Shown piece by piece: positions 33,199 to 43,432 of a stretch of DNA of 45,264 nucleotides (within the stretch, counting starts at the first letter, position 1; every line of letters starts with the position of its first letter). Made by a program: the position numbers and the translations under genes. The stretch is taken from the sequence record SRR22947725_510. One strand, written 5' to 3'. The notes beneath the pieces were generated by a model. That model was not told the origin of the DNA. It did no database searches and was given only the letters and a program-made list of their open reading frames with translations.

Positions 33199-36100
33199 AT
33201 GAGAAAACTACGTATGTTAATTGCGCTTCTTGTTCTTCCTACTCTTATGTTTGCACAGTCAACTACTGCTAAATTAGCAGGGGTTGTAGCTGACGCTGAC
33301 GGTAATCCGTTAGTTGGAGCAAACGTAGTTGTAGAAGGATCAAACTTAGGTGCAGCTACCGATCAATTAGGTAGATACTATATTCTTGACGTCCCTGTTG
33401 GTGACTATAACTTGAGAGCCGAGTACATCGGTTATACTACAGTTATAGAAGCTGGTGTAAGCACTTCTGTTGGTTTTACAACAACAGTAGACTTTGCACT
33501 AGATGTTGCCTCGGTTGCAGGTCAGGAAGTAACAGTAACAAGAGAAAGACCGTTAATTAATCCGAATGCTACAAATACAACTCGTGTTGTTGATAAAGAG
33601 TTGATTGATGCATTTGCTGTGAGAGGGGTTGAGAATATTGTTAACCTTCAAACAGGTGTTGTTAATGGATATTTCCGTGGAAGTAGAAGTGGAGATAGTA
33701 GATACTATGTCGACGGTGTTCCTGTAAAAGATGTTTACGGGGGTGGAAATCTATTAAACGGTAACTCTCAAAACGCACTACAAGAAATTTCAGTTCAAAC
33801 TGGAGGTTTCTCTGCAGAATATGGTGGTGCTAATGGAGGGATTGTAAATATTACTACCAAAACTGGTGGTACACAATGGAGATCAAAAGTAGGAGCAGAA
33901 ATGTCTTTAGGGGCAGATGCTGGTACTTCTCCTGACAAGTTATACTCAGATGGTTACCAAAATGTCAACTTTGACTTTGGTGGTCCAATCAGCGATAATG
34001 TAAAAGTATATTTGTCTGTTGAAGCGAAAGAAAAGGCTGGTGACGTATCATATAGTTACTTCCCTAAGTATGACGCTATGCCATTGTCTGAAGTTCCTGC
34101 TGACTATTACAGCGATGGTACTGATGGCTTTGTATATGGTAACGACGCTAATGGTAACAAAATTTCACATATTGAAACTGTTGTAAGAGACAACCAAACA
34201 GATCCAGCATTGTTGGCTTCTGGTGTTGCAGCTTATGATACTACATATGTTGTATATAGTAACTATGAGCGCATGTACGGACAACAACCTCAAGATGACA
34301 ATAACCGTGTTACAGTTAATGGTAACATGACAATGGACTTTGGTCCATTACGTGTCAAGCTTGGTACACAGGCTTATGATTATGAAGGACATAGTTATAG
34401 TTGGAGTAGAGTTCTAGGTGGAACAGACGGTTCATATATTAATGAATCAGATTTTGCTATGGGATATATGAACTTCAGATATACTATTAGTCCACTATCT
34501 TATGCTAAAGTTTCGATTTCAAATCAATCTTATGAAACTACTGGTGGTAATGAAAATTACTTACATGATATTGAAGCGTATGGTAGAAGAACCAAAGCAT
34601 TTGGTTCAGCAAATTATTACAAACGTGACGGAACTGGATTTAACCCGCTATCACCAGATGAATTCATCGGTGCAGCAGGGTTTGGATCACAGTACACAAG
34701 TTACGATACAAGAAAAACTACAACAAACACTGTGAGCTTTGACTACACTAACCAAATTGGTTACAATGAGTTTAAAGTTGGTGGTTCAGTAGACAGTCAC
34801 GAAATTAGTCGTTACGGTTTAACTGCATCAGGTGTTGCTAGAGCAATTAGTCAAGTTGATGCTAATTATGACGGTGTAGCAACTAATGAAGAAATCATTG
34901 CTGCGGGAAGTGATCCAGCAGATTGGAAGTTCATTAACTACAGAGCTCTATATGTAACAAATCTTGGTTACAATATTTATGGTGATGAGTGGAATGGAAC
35001 ATATAATCAGGATGATCATATGTTAGCTCCAGCAGAACCAACACAAACACGTTTCTATGTTCAAGATAAACTTGAATTTAAAGATGTAGTTGTTCAAGTG
35101 GGTCTTTCAATGGAATCAATTGACACTGGCGCTATGGCACCAGATTCAGATGGTGACGGATATGGAGATTCAGACGGGTTCAACCACCTATACTTTAATA
35201 GACAGCGTGTAGATAGAAATGGTGATGGTAACGGTAACTTTGTTTGGAAGAAAACAAAGAAAGAAACTGCTACACATCCTAGAATTGGTATCTCATTCCC
35301 AGTATCCGATCGTACAGTATTCCGTGCGAACTATGGAACACACTGGCAATCAGTTCCAATGTCATATCTATACTTATCAGATTCACAGCTATCAGCAGAT
35401 ATCTTAGCTGGTAATGCTACTGCATCTGAAAACCCTGCGTTAAAGCCAGAGCGTTCAACTCAGTATGAAATTGGTATTGAGCAACGTATCGGTGCTTTCG
35501 CTTCATTAAAGATTGAAGGGTTTTATAAAGAAAGTAAAGATTACTTGACGCTAGCAAATCGTACAGACGCATTTACAAATACTGGTGGTGCAGATACTCA
35601 ACAAAACTGGGCACAGTATTTAAATGGAGACGTTATGGTCTCACAAGGTTTGACAACAAACTTTGAAATGCGTAGAACTAGAGGTTTGTATGCGCAAGCA
35701 AATTATACATACTCAGAAGCTAGAGGAACTGGATCTTATGGAAACCAGAACTTCTATGTTACTTGGATTGGTACAGATGATGGATATCCAAAAGCGATGA
35801 ATCTATTAGACTATGACCAAACTCATACTGCAAACGTAATCCTTGACTGGCGTTCACCGAATGCTACTGGTGCGTTAGCAAATACAGGATTTAATGCTGT
35901 AATGAGCTTTGGTAGTGGTACTCGCTTTACACCATCTCAAATCTATAGTACAGTTTTTGAGAACAGATGGGAATTCCCAGAGGGTCCGGTAAACTCAGGT
36001 ACAATGCCTGCATTTACTAACCTTGATCTTCGTGTAGACAGAGCCTTTAAAATGGGCGGCGTAACAGCAAATGCATATGTTGCTGTGTTCAACGCTTTAG

Positions 36101-36312
36101 ACGCAGAACAGGTTAATGATGTTTATCATGGAACCGGTAACGTAGCTGAAGATGGCTGGGTTGCAACTGAAAGTGGGCAGCAATGGCTTGCCAATAGATT
36201 AGCAACTAACCCTGACGTTGATGCAGCGGCACTTTACCAGGATAATTTAGCATTTCCTAGTAGATGGAGCGCTCCTCGAACTGTTAGAGTTGGTATGAAC
36301 ATTAGTTTTTAA
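33199..36312 (+). CDS. TonB-dependent receptor with N-terminal carboxypeptidase-regulatory-like domain
   Basis: GGAGG RBS before ATG 33199, signal peptide, GVVADADGNPLVGANV..GRYYI domain, plug motifs RGSRSG..YYVDG and GGFSAEYG..GGIVNITTK, NPALKPERS, C-terminal OMP signature VRVGMNISF. Confidence 0.92.
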   Translation: MRKLRMLIALLVLPTLMFAQSTTAKLAGVVADADGNPLVGANVVVEGSNLGAATDQLGRYYILDVPVGDYNLRAEYIGYTTVIEAGVSTSVGFTTTVDFALDVASVAGQEVTVTRERPLINPNATNTTRVVDKELIDAFAVRGVENIVNLQTGVVNGYFRGSRSGDSRYYVDGVPVKDVYGGGNLLNGNSQNALQEISVQTGGFSAEYGGANGGIVNITTKTGGTQWRSKVGAEMSLGADAGTSPDKLYSDGYQNVNFDFGGPISDNVKVYLSVEAKEKAGDVSYSYFPKYDAMPLSEVPADYYSDGTDGFVYGNDANGNKISHIETVVRDNQTDPALLASGVAAYDTTYVVYSNYERMYGQQPQDDNNRVTVNGNMTMDFGPLRVKLGTQAYDYEGHSYSWSRVLGGTDGSYINESDFAMGYMNFRYTISPLSYAKVSISNQSYETTGGNENYLHDIEAYGRRTKAFGSANYYKRDGTGFNPLSPDEFIGAAGFGSQYTSYDTRKTTTNTVSFDYTNQIGYNEFKVGGSVDSHEISRYGLTASGVARAISQVDANYDGVATNEEIIAAGSDPADWKFINYRALYVTNLGYNIYGDEWNGTYNQDDHMLAPAEPTQTRFYVQDKLEFKDVVVQVGLSMESIDTGAMAPDSDGDGYGDSDGFNHLYFNRQRVDRNGDGNGNFVWKKTKKETATHPRIGISFPVSDRTVFRANYGTHWQSVPMSYLYLSDSQLSADILAGNATASENPALKPERSTQYEIGIEQRIGAFASLKIEGFYKESKDYLTLANRTDAFTNTGGADTQQNWAQYLNGDVMVSQGLTTNFEMRRTRGLYAQANYTYSEARGTGSYGNQNFYVTWIGTDDGYPKAMNLLDYDQTHTANVILDWRSPNATGALANTGFNAVMSFGSGTRFTPSQIYSTVFENRWEFPEGPVNSGTMPAFTNLDLRVDRAFKMGGVTANAYVAVFNALDAEQVNDVYHGTGNVAEDGWVATESGQQWLANRLATNPDVDAAALYQDNLAFPSRWSAPRTVRVGMNISF

Positions 36313-36338
36313 TTAAATAAGAAGGTAAAGAGGTAAAT

Positions 36339-39300
36339 ATGAAAATCTTAAAGAATATTACCGTTTTCACATTGGTGATGTTACTGTCAGTTACAACTGG
36401 CCTTGAAGCGAGAGACAAAAATGTCTCTAACTTTAGTAGCTCATCCAATTATGTGGATTCTGTCGGTACGTTCGATGGGAATAAAATCTATGCAGACGTT
36501 GCCAACAATGGTCTCTTTCTGGATTACCACGTTTCTGGTGATTCAGCATTAGAATGGCCAAAAGGCACGGGTGCACACTCTATCTTCCAATCCGCATTAT
36601 GGATGGGAGCTACAGTGAATGGATCTATTCGAACTATCGTTGGAGATTATACACAAGACATGGGTCCAGGTCCATGGGGTGGTGACCCGCTAGCTGCGGT
36701 GCACAGAATCTATAAAGTAGAGAAATCTATGTTAGCTTCTCCCCTTGACTTCGCTGACTTCCAAGAATGGCCAGTTGATTTTGGTGCACCTTGGGTTGAC
36801 GTAGATGGTGACGGAGCTTATACTCCACTACCAGGCGGAACTGATCATCCAGAATTCCTAGGAGACCAAGTACTTTGGTTTGTTAGTAATGATGGTGACC
36901 CTGCATACAAATTGAATTTTGGAACATCACCACTTAACGTGGAGATTCAAACAACTATGTTTGGTTTTGATAGACCTGACGTATTTGGTGATATGGTGTT
37001 CTTAAAGCAATTAATTATAAATAAAGGTTCAGATGACCTAGTTGATACTTACATGGGACTATGGTCAGACCCAGACTTAGGAAGCGCAAGTGACGACTTT
37101 GTTGGTTGTGATGTAGAATTAGGTCTTGGTTATGTTTGGAATGACGGCCCTGACAGTGTCTACGATAACTTAAGCGTAGGAACTCCAGCAGCTGGATATG
37201 ACTTCTTTCAAGGTCCAATGGTAGATTGTGACGCGACAGAAGATTGTACAGAAGGTGCTAAAATGTTTGGTACTCGTCATCCAGGGAAAAAGAACCTTCA
37301 GATGTCATCATTTGCATTTTATATTAATGGAGATGCGACATATACTGACCCAGCTGATGAAACAGAGGGGTACTTTTATTTGCAAGGTTTAAGAAAAGAC
37401 GGAAGTGCGTATCCAAATGAAATAGCCGGTGATCTTTATGATCAACGTTTTTGTTTCTATGGAGACCCTACTGTTACACATAGTAACGCTAACCCTGTTG
37501 ACGGAAACTATGCTTCTTCAGCTGATAGACGTTTCCTAATGAGTGTTGGTCCATTTACTATGGCAGCAGGCGATTCACAAGAAGTAGTGTTTGGTATTTT
37601 CCATGCTGCTGGTGGTGACGCGTTATCTTCTGTATCTTACCTAAAAGAGATAGATGCCTTAGCTCAAACAGCTTACGACATTGACTTTGCTCTTCCTGAC
37701 TCACCTCCTTCACCAAGCGTGACAGCGAGTGCGTTAGCAGATCAAATAACATTAGTTTGGGGTGATGAACCTGAAAGCTATAATGTAGTCAGTGAAGTTG
37801 ACTTAGATGCTGCAGGTAACCCTACTAACTTTGTATTCGAAGGATACAATGTATATCAGCATGAAACTGCATCAGGCGGTGGAGCTAAGAAAAGATTAGC
37901 CACGTATGATATTGTAAATGGAACTACCGAAATTTATGATACAGTATTTAATGCTGAATTAGGTGAAAACATAAATATTAGAACACAGTTTGGTTCAGAT
38001 AGTGGATTAGCACACTTTGAATCTATCACAACAGATGGATTGAATGGTAATTCAAAACTGATCACAAATCGTGCTTACTATTATTCTGTAACCGCATATG
38101 GTTACAACGCGGATGGTATTCCAAAAACATTGGAAAGTAGTCCGAGATATTTAACTGTAAGACCAGAAGTTCCTAACACGGCTGCTGTGGGCGATAATAC
38201 AGCCTCAGCCGGTGATGTTATTTCAACTGTACATACTGGACCTTCTCAAGGTTCTGTTGATGTAGTTGTAGTGGATGCTTCTCAAATGTCAGGCGATAGT
38301 TACACAGTAACAATGGATGACGCAATGCCAGATGGAACTGTAGCTGTGAACTGGACATTAACAAATGATATGACTGGTGAAGTTCTTATCGCTAACAACC
38401 CTGTTGTTGGTGGTGTGAATACTGCAACAGGCGTTGAAGTTGGTCCAGGTGGAACTCCAGTAGTTGAAGGTATTCAATTACTAGTGAACGGTCCTCAAGA
38501 AGATCTACTTTCAGTAGAAGAGTGGACAGCACCTTGGTTAGATGCAAACGAACAAAGAGACAACGCGGTTTCTTATGTTCCTTTTGCTAGTCTAGGTCGT
38601 ACAGGATATATTTTAGAAAATAGAGCAGGTGTAGCGTACTCCCCACCATATAATCGTGACTTTGACCGATTTAATTACTGGGAATCAGATGACGTTGAAC
38701 TTGACTTTAGTACTCCATCAGTAGGGTATGATTATATTTATGAGTGGACCAATAGTATGGTTCCATTCTCAGCATTCAGACACAACTTTGCTACTGGAAA
38801 CAAAGAGCAAATGTACGCTGGGTACTGGGATTACAATGGAAACTTTACGTTTGATCTTGATGGTGCAAGCTGGGTAGGACCTGTTTATGGTGCTCCAGGT
38901 TGGGAACCAATCTACTGTTTTGTAGGTATGGTTGCGACTCCATATGATCCAGCTAAAGAAGCTCAATATCTTGCTGAAGATGATCTAACTACATCAGGTG
39001 GTTGTGGATGGGGATCAGGCGGTTCATGCGATAACACTACTACAAGTGGCGCAACAATCGGCTATCCATACATGACAGCGACAATGTTTACTGATTACTT
39101 AGGCTCAGGAGTATTACCAACAGCAGATGGACTAGCGGCATACGGTAGTACATGGGTTGGTGGAAGTTCTGTAGTATTTAAAATGAGTAAACCAAATTCA
39201 TCAGCAGACACGTTTACGTTTACTACTGAAGGATTAGGTATGATGGCTAATGCGTTCGATCCAGATCGTATTTCAGTATGGCCAAACCCTTATTACGGAT

Positions 39301-39581
39301 ATAACCCAGAAGAGCGTGATGCGCTTGATCGTAGAGTGATGTTTAGTCACTTACCTGAAGAAGGTCCTGCGACAATTCGTATCTTTGCACTTGATGGTAC
39401 CTTAGTAAGAACAATTCACCACAATGATACAGCATCACAACATGCAACATGGGATATGAAGAATAACTTTGAATTACCAGTTGCTAGTGGAATGTATGTG
39501 GCACACGTAGAGACTAACCACGGAGATAAAATCCTGAAGTTAGCTGTAATTCAACCAGAACAACGTCTAGACGTTTATTAA
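36339..39581 (+). CDS. Large exported protein with FN3-like region and T9SS type A / FlgD-Ig-like C-terminal domain
   Basis: Sec signal peptide ending LEA with no lipobox; FN3-like ITLVW..EGYNVY..YYYSVTAY; C-terminal VWPNP..TIRIFALDGTLVRTI..WD..VASGMY..KILKLAVI. Confidence 0.8.
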   Translation: MKILKNITVFTLVMLLSVTTGLEARDKNVSNFSSSSNYVDSVGTFDGNKIYADVANNGLFLDYHVSGDSALEWPKGTGAHSIFQSALWMGATVNGSIRTIVGDYTQDMGPGPWGGDPLAAVHRIYKVEKSMLASPLDFADFQEWPVDFGAPWVDVDGDGAYTPLPGGTDHPEFLGDQVLWFVSNDGDPAYKLNFGTSPLNVEIQTTMFGFDRPDVFGDMVFLKQLIINKGSDDLVDTYMGLWSDPDLGSASDDFVGCDVELGLGYVWNDGPDSVYDNLSVGTPAAGYDFFQGPMVDCDATEDCTEGAKMFGTRHPGKKNLQMSSFAFYINGDATYTDPADETEGYFYLQGLRKDGSAYPNEIAGDLYDQRFCFYGDPTVTHSNANPVDGNYASSADRRFLMSVGPFTMAAGDSQEVVFGIFHAAGGDALSSVSYLKEIDALAQTAYDIDFALPDSPPSPSVTASALADQITLVWGDEPESYNVVSEVDLDAAGNPTNFVFEGYNVYQHETASGGGAKKRLATYDIVNGTTEIYDTVFNAELGENINIRTQFGSDSGLAHFESITTDGLNGNSKLITNRAYYYSVTAYGYNADGIPKTLESSPRYLTVRPEVPNTAAVGDNTASAGDVISTVHTGPSQGSVDVVVVDASQMSGDSYTVTMDDAMPDGTVAVNWTLTNDMTGEVLIANNPVVGGVNTATGVEVGPGGTPVVEGIQLLVNGPQEDLLSVEEWTAPWLDANEQRDNAVSYVPFASLGRTGYILENRAGVAYSPPYNRDFDRFNYWESDDVELDFSTPSVGYDYIYEWTNSMVPFSAFRHNFATGNKEQMYAGYWDYNGNFTFDLDGASWVGPVYGAPGWEPIYCFVGMVATPYDPAKEAQYLAEDDLTTSGGCGWGSGGSCDNTTTSGATIGYPYMTATMFTDYLGSGVLPTADGLAAYGSTWVGGSSVVFKMSKPNSSADTFTFTTEGLGMMANAFDPDRISVWPNPYYGYNPEERDALDRRVMFSHLPEEGPATIRIFALDGTLVRTIHHNDTASQHATWDMKNNFELPVASGMYVAHVETNHGDKILKLAVIQPEQRLDVY

Positions 39582-39594
39582 GGAAAAGGAGAAT

Positions 39595-40650
39595 ATGAAA
39601 ATGAAAAATACATTTAAAATCTTCCTTGGATGCGCAGTGTTGGTTTCAGCACTAACTGCTGGTACGGTAAGATCACAGGGTACCGCTGGTGCCTCACAGC
39701 TTCTTATCCCAGTAGGTACTGAGACAGTAGCTCTTAGCGGAACGAACGTTGGTACCGTAGCTGGAATAGATGCATTATTTACTAATGTAGCTGGTCTAGC
39801 AAGACACAACTCTGGTTTACAAGGAACAGTTTCAACCACATCTTATATCGCAGACATCGACGTGATGTATGCAGGTATGGTTATGGCAATGGGCGAATCA
39901 GGAACATTTGGAATGACACTAAAGTCTTTAGACTTTGGTGATATCCCAAAAACTACTGCATTTGCTCCTGAGGGAGATGGTCAAACATTCTCTCCTAGTT
40001 TTTTCACAGCAACAGCAGGGTTTGCGAGAGCATTCTCTGACCGTGTTAATGTTGGTGTTGCAACAAAGATGGTTTCTGAGACAATCGAAGAAACATCTGC
40101 AACAGGATTTGCATTCGACGTAGGTGTCCAATACAAATTCCCTGACCAACCACTAACAATTGGTGTTGCAATGAAGAATGTTGGTAGTAGAATGCATTAC
40201 GATGGTATTAATCTTGATCAGAACCTCACACCAGAGGGCGCTGAATCGGGTTCATCATCTGAAACATTTAGAATTGTTGCAGACAACTTTGCTCTGCCAA
40301 CAAGTCTAGATCTTTCTGCGACCTACTCATTGCTTAACAACTTAGATGTGAGCACAACTTTCACTAATCACTCATACCAATCAAATACTTTAGCATTTGG
40401 TGCTAAGTATATGTTAGGTAGTGCTTGGGTGGGCGCAGCTACAGTAATGACTGTAGGCGACGACTCACAACCAGCTGACGTTTCTGACGCAGATTGGGAA
40501 GAGTGGAGCGGAACCAATTGGGGAGCTTCAATGGGTGCAGGTGTAACAGTGCCAGTAGGTGACTACACAATGCATGTTTCATATGCTATGAGAACAGCGA
40601 ACGAATACTTCGATGATCACAGCACAATGCAAGTTACCTTTGATTTCTAA
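39595..40650 (+). CDS. PorV/PorQ-family outer-membrane beta-barrel
   Basis: GTAGASQLLIPVG..ALSG..ALFTNVAGLA N-terminal pattern typical of PorV/FadL-like barrels, GFAFDVG and KNVG strands, C-terminal Phe; AAGGGAG RBS (alternative ATG at 39601). Confidence 0.8.
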   Translation: MKMKNTFKIFLGCAVLVSALTAGTVRSQGTAGASQLLIPVGTETVALSGTNVGTVAGIDALFTNVAGLARHNSGLQGTVSTTSYIADIDVMYAGMVMAMGESGTFGMTLKSLDFGDIPKTTAFAPEGDGQTFSPSFFTATAGFARAFSDRVNVGVATKMVSETIEETSATGFAFDVGVQYKFPDQPLTIGVAMKNVGSRMHYDGINLDQNLTPEGAESGSSSETFRIVADNFALPTSLDLSATYSLLNNLDVSTTFTNHSYQSNTLAFGAKYMLGSAWVGAATVMTVGDDSQPADVSDADWEEWSGTNWGASMGAGVTVPVGDYTMHVSYAMRTANEYFDDHSTMQVTFDF

Positions 40651-40674
40651 ACTGTTTAGTTGAGGATTCAAATT

Positions 40675-40702
40675 AAAGGGGCTCTTTTTAGAGCCCCTTT
40701 TT
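40675..40702. terminator. Rho-independent terminator, probably bidirectional
   Basis: AAAGGGGCTC-TTTTTA-GAGCCCCTTT-TT between convergent genes. Confidence 0.9.
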
Positions 40703-40729
40703 ATTTATAAGATATCTTATGAAAGCAAA

Positions 40730-41461
40730 CTATTGATCAAATAATAATTCAATATTGCTTTGTAAGTATTGAGACGGAATATTTTGACCTAAGAAATATC
40801 TACCAGACTTGTCATCAAAATGCATTTCCCAATGTAGGTGAGCACCCTTTTCATTCCTAAGTGCCCCATCTGATGTACCGGTATTGCCAGAAAAACCAAT
40901 TAGCATACCCTTATCTACTCTAGTTCCAGGTACAATACCTTCTGGAATAGAAGATAAATGTGCATATACACTAATAGTTCTAAACTTGGATGTAATAGAA
41001 TATCCATGATCAATAACAATTGACTTCCCAAGCAATATAAAATGATAAATATCAGCTGGAGTCTTGCCTAATCCTTCTGAGGTTGCTAAAAGAGCGTTAT
41101 ATGTATCAATATCAACATCACTATGCTGAGGGTTGCTTCTTATAACAATACCGTCATAAACAGCTGTAACGGGACCATTTAATGGCACAGAAAAATCAAT
41201 ACCCTCATGTGTACCGGATCGATATTCCCTTCCCGCATTTGGGAGTAAATTTAATATTGATGGGACAACGTAATCTTTTGAAGGTAACTGAATGGTTGTT
41301 AGTAGCTCAGAATGATGGAGGTTTGTTGTTTCATCTACATAAAATAAAAAATTTTCTTTTGATATGAGCTGCTCTGACTCTACATCAATTGATGTAGTTG
41401 GTGCAGCACAGGCACTTAATACGAACATAATACTCAGATAATTTTTAATATTTATTTTCAT
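40730..41461 (-). CDS. M23 family metallopeptidase, probable lipoprotein
   Basis: LSAC lipobox, HEGIDF, YAHL, GFSGNTG and HLHWE motifs. Confidence 0.9.
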   Translation of the reverse strand: MKINIKNYLSIMFVLSACAAPTTSIDVESEQLISKENFLFYVDETTNLHHSELLTTIQLPSKDYVVPSILNLLPNAGREYRSGTHEGIDFSVPLNGPVTAVYDGIVIRSNPQHSDVDIDTYNALLATSEGLGKTPADIYHFILLGKSIVIDHGYSITSKFRTISVYAHLSSIPEGIVPGTRVDKGMLIGFSGNTGTSDGALRNEKGAHLHWEMHFDDKSGRYFLGQNIPSQYLQSNIELLFDQ

Positions 41462-42006
41462 TTAATGGTATATAATATTCCGTTATACATCAGATTCAAT
41501 TTAACCATACTTCTACTTTCTTTATCAATCCATATTTTTATTATTGAGCTTTCCATCACCGCTAAATTAAATAAGTTTGATTTGTTTGAGACTTTTTCTT
41601 CGCCTTTGATATCAAGTCTATATAATAAAGCTATTTTTTTAGTTTTATTATAATCCAGCGTATCTTCCTTCGCATATAAAAATCTTATTTTAATTTCTTG
41701 ACCATCTAAGAGCTCAATTGAATCTTCCCACTGAGTATCAACAACGTCAATTTCAGACTGAAGTAACAGCCTGTTAATTAAATTATTTTTGCTGTTCAGA
41801 TTTTGTTCTTCATATTTTAAATCCTCTCCCAGTATAAACTTTCCAAGGTTGAGCGCTTTTAATGAGAGAGATTCGTTATCAACAGACAAGGTCATCCCCT
41901 TAATCGAATCATATAAATAGATATCATAATCTTTAGATTGTGTGAAAGCCAGACTATTTAGAGCTAAAAATAGAATGAAACAATTTATTTTTTGAGAGAG
42001 CTTCAA
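41458..42006 (-). CDS. Hypothetical exported protein
   Basis: 182-aa ORF with signal-peptide-like N-terminus, 2 bp after mgtE and overlapping the M23 gene by 4 bp. The exact start codon is uncertain. Confidence 0.65.
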   Translation of the reverse strand: MKLSQKINCFILFLALNSLAFTQSKDYDIYLYDSIKGMTLSVDNESLSLKALNLGKFILGEDLKYEEQNLNSKNNLINRLLLQSEIDVVDTQWEDSIELLDGQEIKIRFLYAKEDTLDYNKTKKIALLYRLDIKGEEKVSNKSNLFNLAVMESSIIKIWIDKESRSMVKLNLMYNGILYTIK

Positions 42007-42008
42007 GA

Positions 42009-43376
42009 CTATAACAATATAAGTGAAGCAATGATAAAGTATAACGCTACGCCTAAAATATCAATTGCTGTAGTGACAAACGGTCCTGTTGAAATAGCTG
42101 GATCAAAGTTTAATTTTTTAAGTATGAGTGGTACACTAGCTCCTACTGCAGTTGCAATTGTCATTGAACAAGCAATGCTTAACCCTATAACTATACCAAG
42201 ATTTTCTAATTGAATTCCGGTTATGAATTCAGAGGTTGCACCAACTAATATACCATACCCAATTCCTAAAATTGCCCCCACAATAATTTCTTTTATAATT
42301 AAAGGAAAAGTATTGCCGACATCAACCCTTCCAGTGGCCAATCCGCGGACAATAATAGTAGATGATTGTGTACCAATATTCCCTCCAATCCCAATAATAA
42401 CTGGAATGAAAGAAGCCAAGACTAACATTTCTTTTATTAGGTAGTCAAAGTAGCCAATAATAGCAGCAGCACAAACTCCACCAATTAAGCTTGCAAAAAT
42501 CCAAGGGGCTCTTGACTGCGCATTTTCAATAGGAGATTTCAATAAAATTTCTCTGTCTTTTCCTACACCAGCCATTTGTAAGAAATCTTCAGATGCTTCT
42601 TCTCTAATAATATCTACTACGTCATCTATAGTAACAATTCCTAAAAATTTATTTTGTCTATTTACGACAGGAAGCGCAAGATAATTATACTGTGCAACAG
42701 TTTTAGCAACTTCTTCTTGATCGGTTTTTGATGTTGCGGCGTGGATATCTTTAATCATCATATCTTTCAATTTTGTAGTATTATTAGAGGTAACTAAATT
42801 TCTTAAAGATATTACTCCTACCAACTTTTCTTTATCATCTAAGACATAAACATAAAAAATTTTATCATTCTCTGGAAAAGACTGCAGTTTTTTAATCGCT
42901 TCTTTAATAGTTGTATTTTGATTGAGAGTAAATGTTTCTTTAGTCATAATACTACCAGCACTATCATCTGGATATGACATGATTTCTTCTACATCTTCTA
43001 AATCTTCTACTTCAATTTTCTTTAAAATTTCTTTTTGTTTCTTATCTGGAAACATGCTAATAATTGCAGCCTGATCATTTGTATCTAAATAAACAAACAT
43101 TTTAGAAATATTAATAGAGCTCTCATCGACAAGCATGTATTCAATTAACGATTCATCTAACTCTTCTAGCACTTTAGCTTTGTGATTAAAAGTAGGACAT
43201 AGACTAAAAATGGTTTTTTGTTCGGAGCCGCTAAACCCTCTCATCAGTAGAGCTACATCCGCGGGGTGCGTTTTGCGTAAAATCTTTGTTAAGTTGGTGG
43301 TAGCCTTTCTTCTTAAAAGCCTTTGTATTGTTCTTCTTAATAAAGAAATTTCAGTGGAAAATATTGCTTTTTTCAT
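42009..43376 (-). CDS. mgtE: Magnesium transporter MgtE
   Basis: HPADVA, YPDDSAGSIM, CBS pair, GIVTIDD, GGNIGTQ and DPAISTGPFVTTAID motifs. Confidence 0.96.
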   Translation of the reverse strand: MKKAIFSTEISLLRRTIQRLLRRKATTNLTKILRKTHPADVALLMRGFSGSEQKTIFSLCPTFNHKAKVLEELDESLIEYMLVDESSINISKMFVYLDTNDQAAIISMFPDKKQKEILKKIEVEDLEDVEEIMSYPDDSAGSIMTKETFTLNQNTTIKEAIKKLQSFPENDKIFYVYVLDDKEKLVGVISLRNLVTSNNTTKLKDMMIKDIHAATSKTDQEEVAKTVAQYNYLALPVVNRQNKFLGIVTIDDVVDIIREEASEDFLQMAGVGKDREILLKSPIENAQSRAPWIFASLIGGVCAAAIIGYFDYLIKEMLVLASFIPVIIGIGGNIGTQSSTIIVRGLATGRVDVGNTFPLIIKEIIVGAILGIGYGILVGATSEFITGIQLENLGIVIGLSIACSMTIATAVGASVPLILKKLNFDPAISTGPFVTTAIDILGVALYFIIASLILL

Positions 43377-43432
43377 TGTATTGGATTTTGTATAAATTAA
43401 CTCTACTTTATAACAAATTAAAGATTAAGTAA

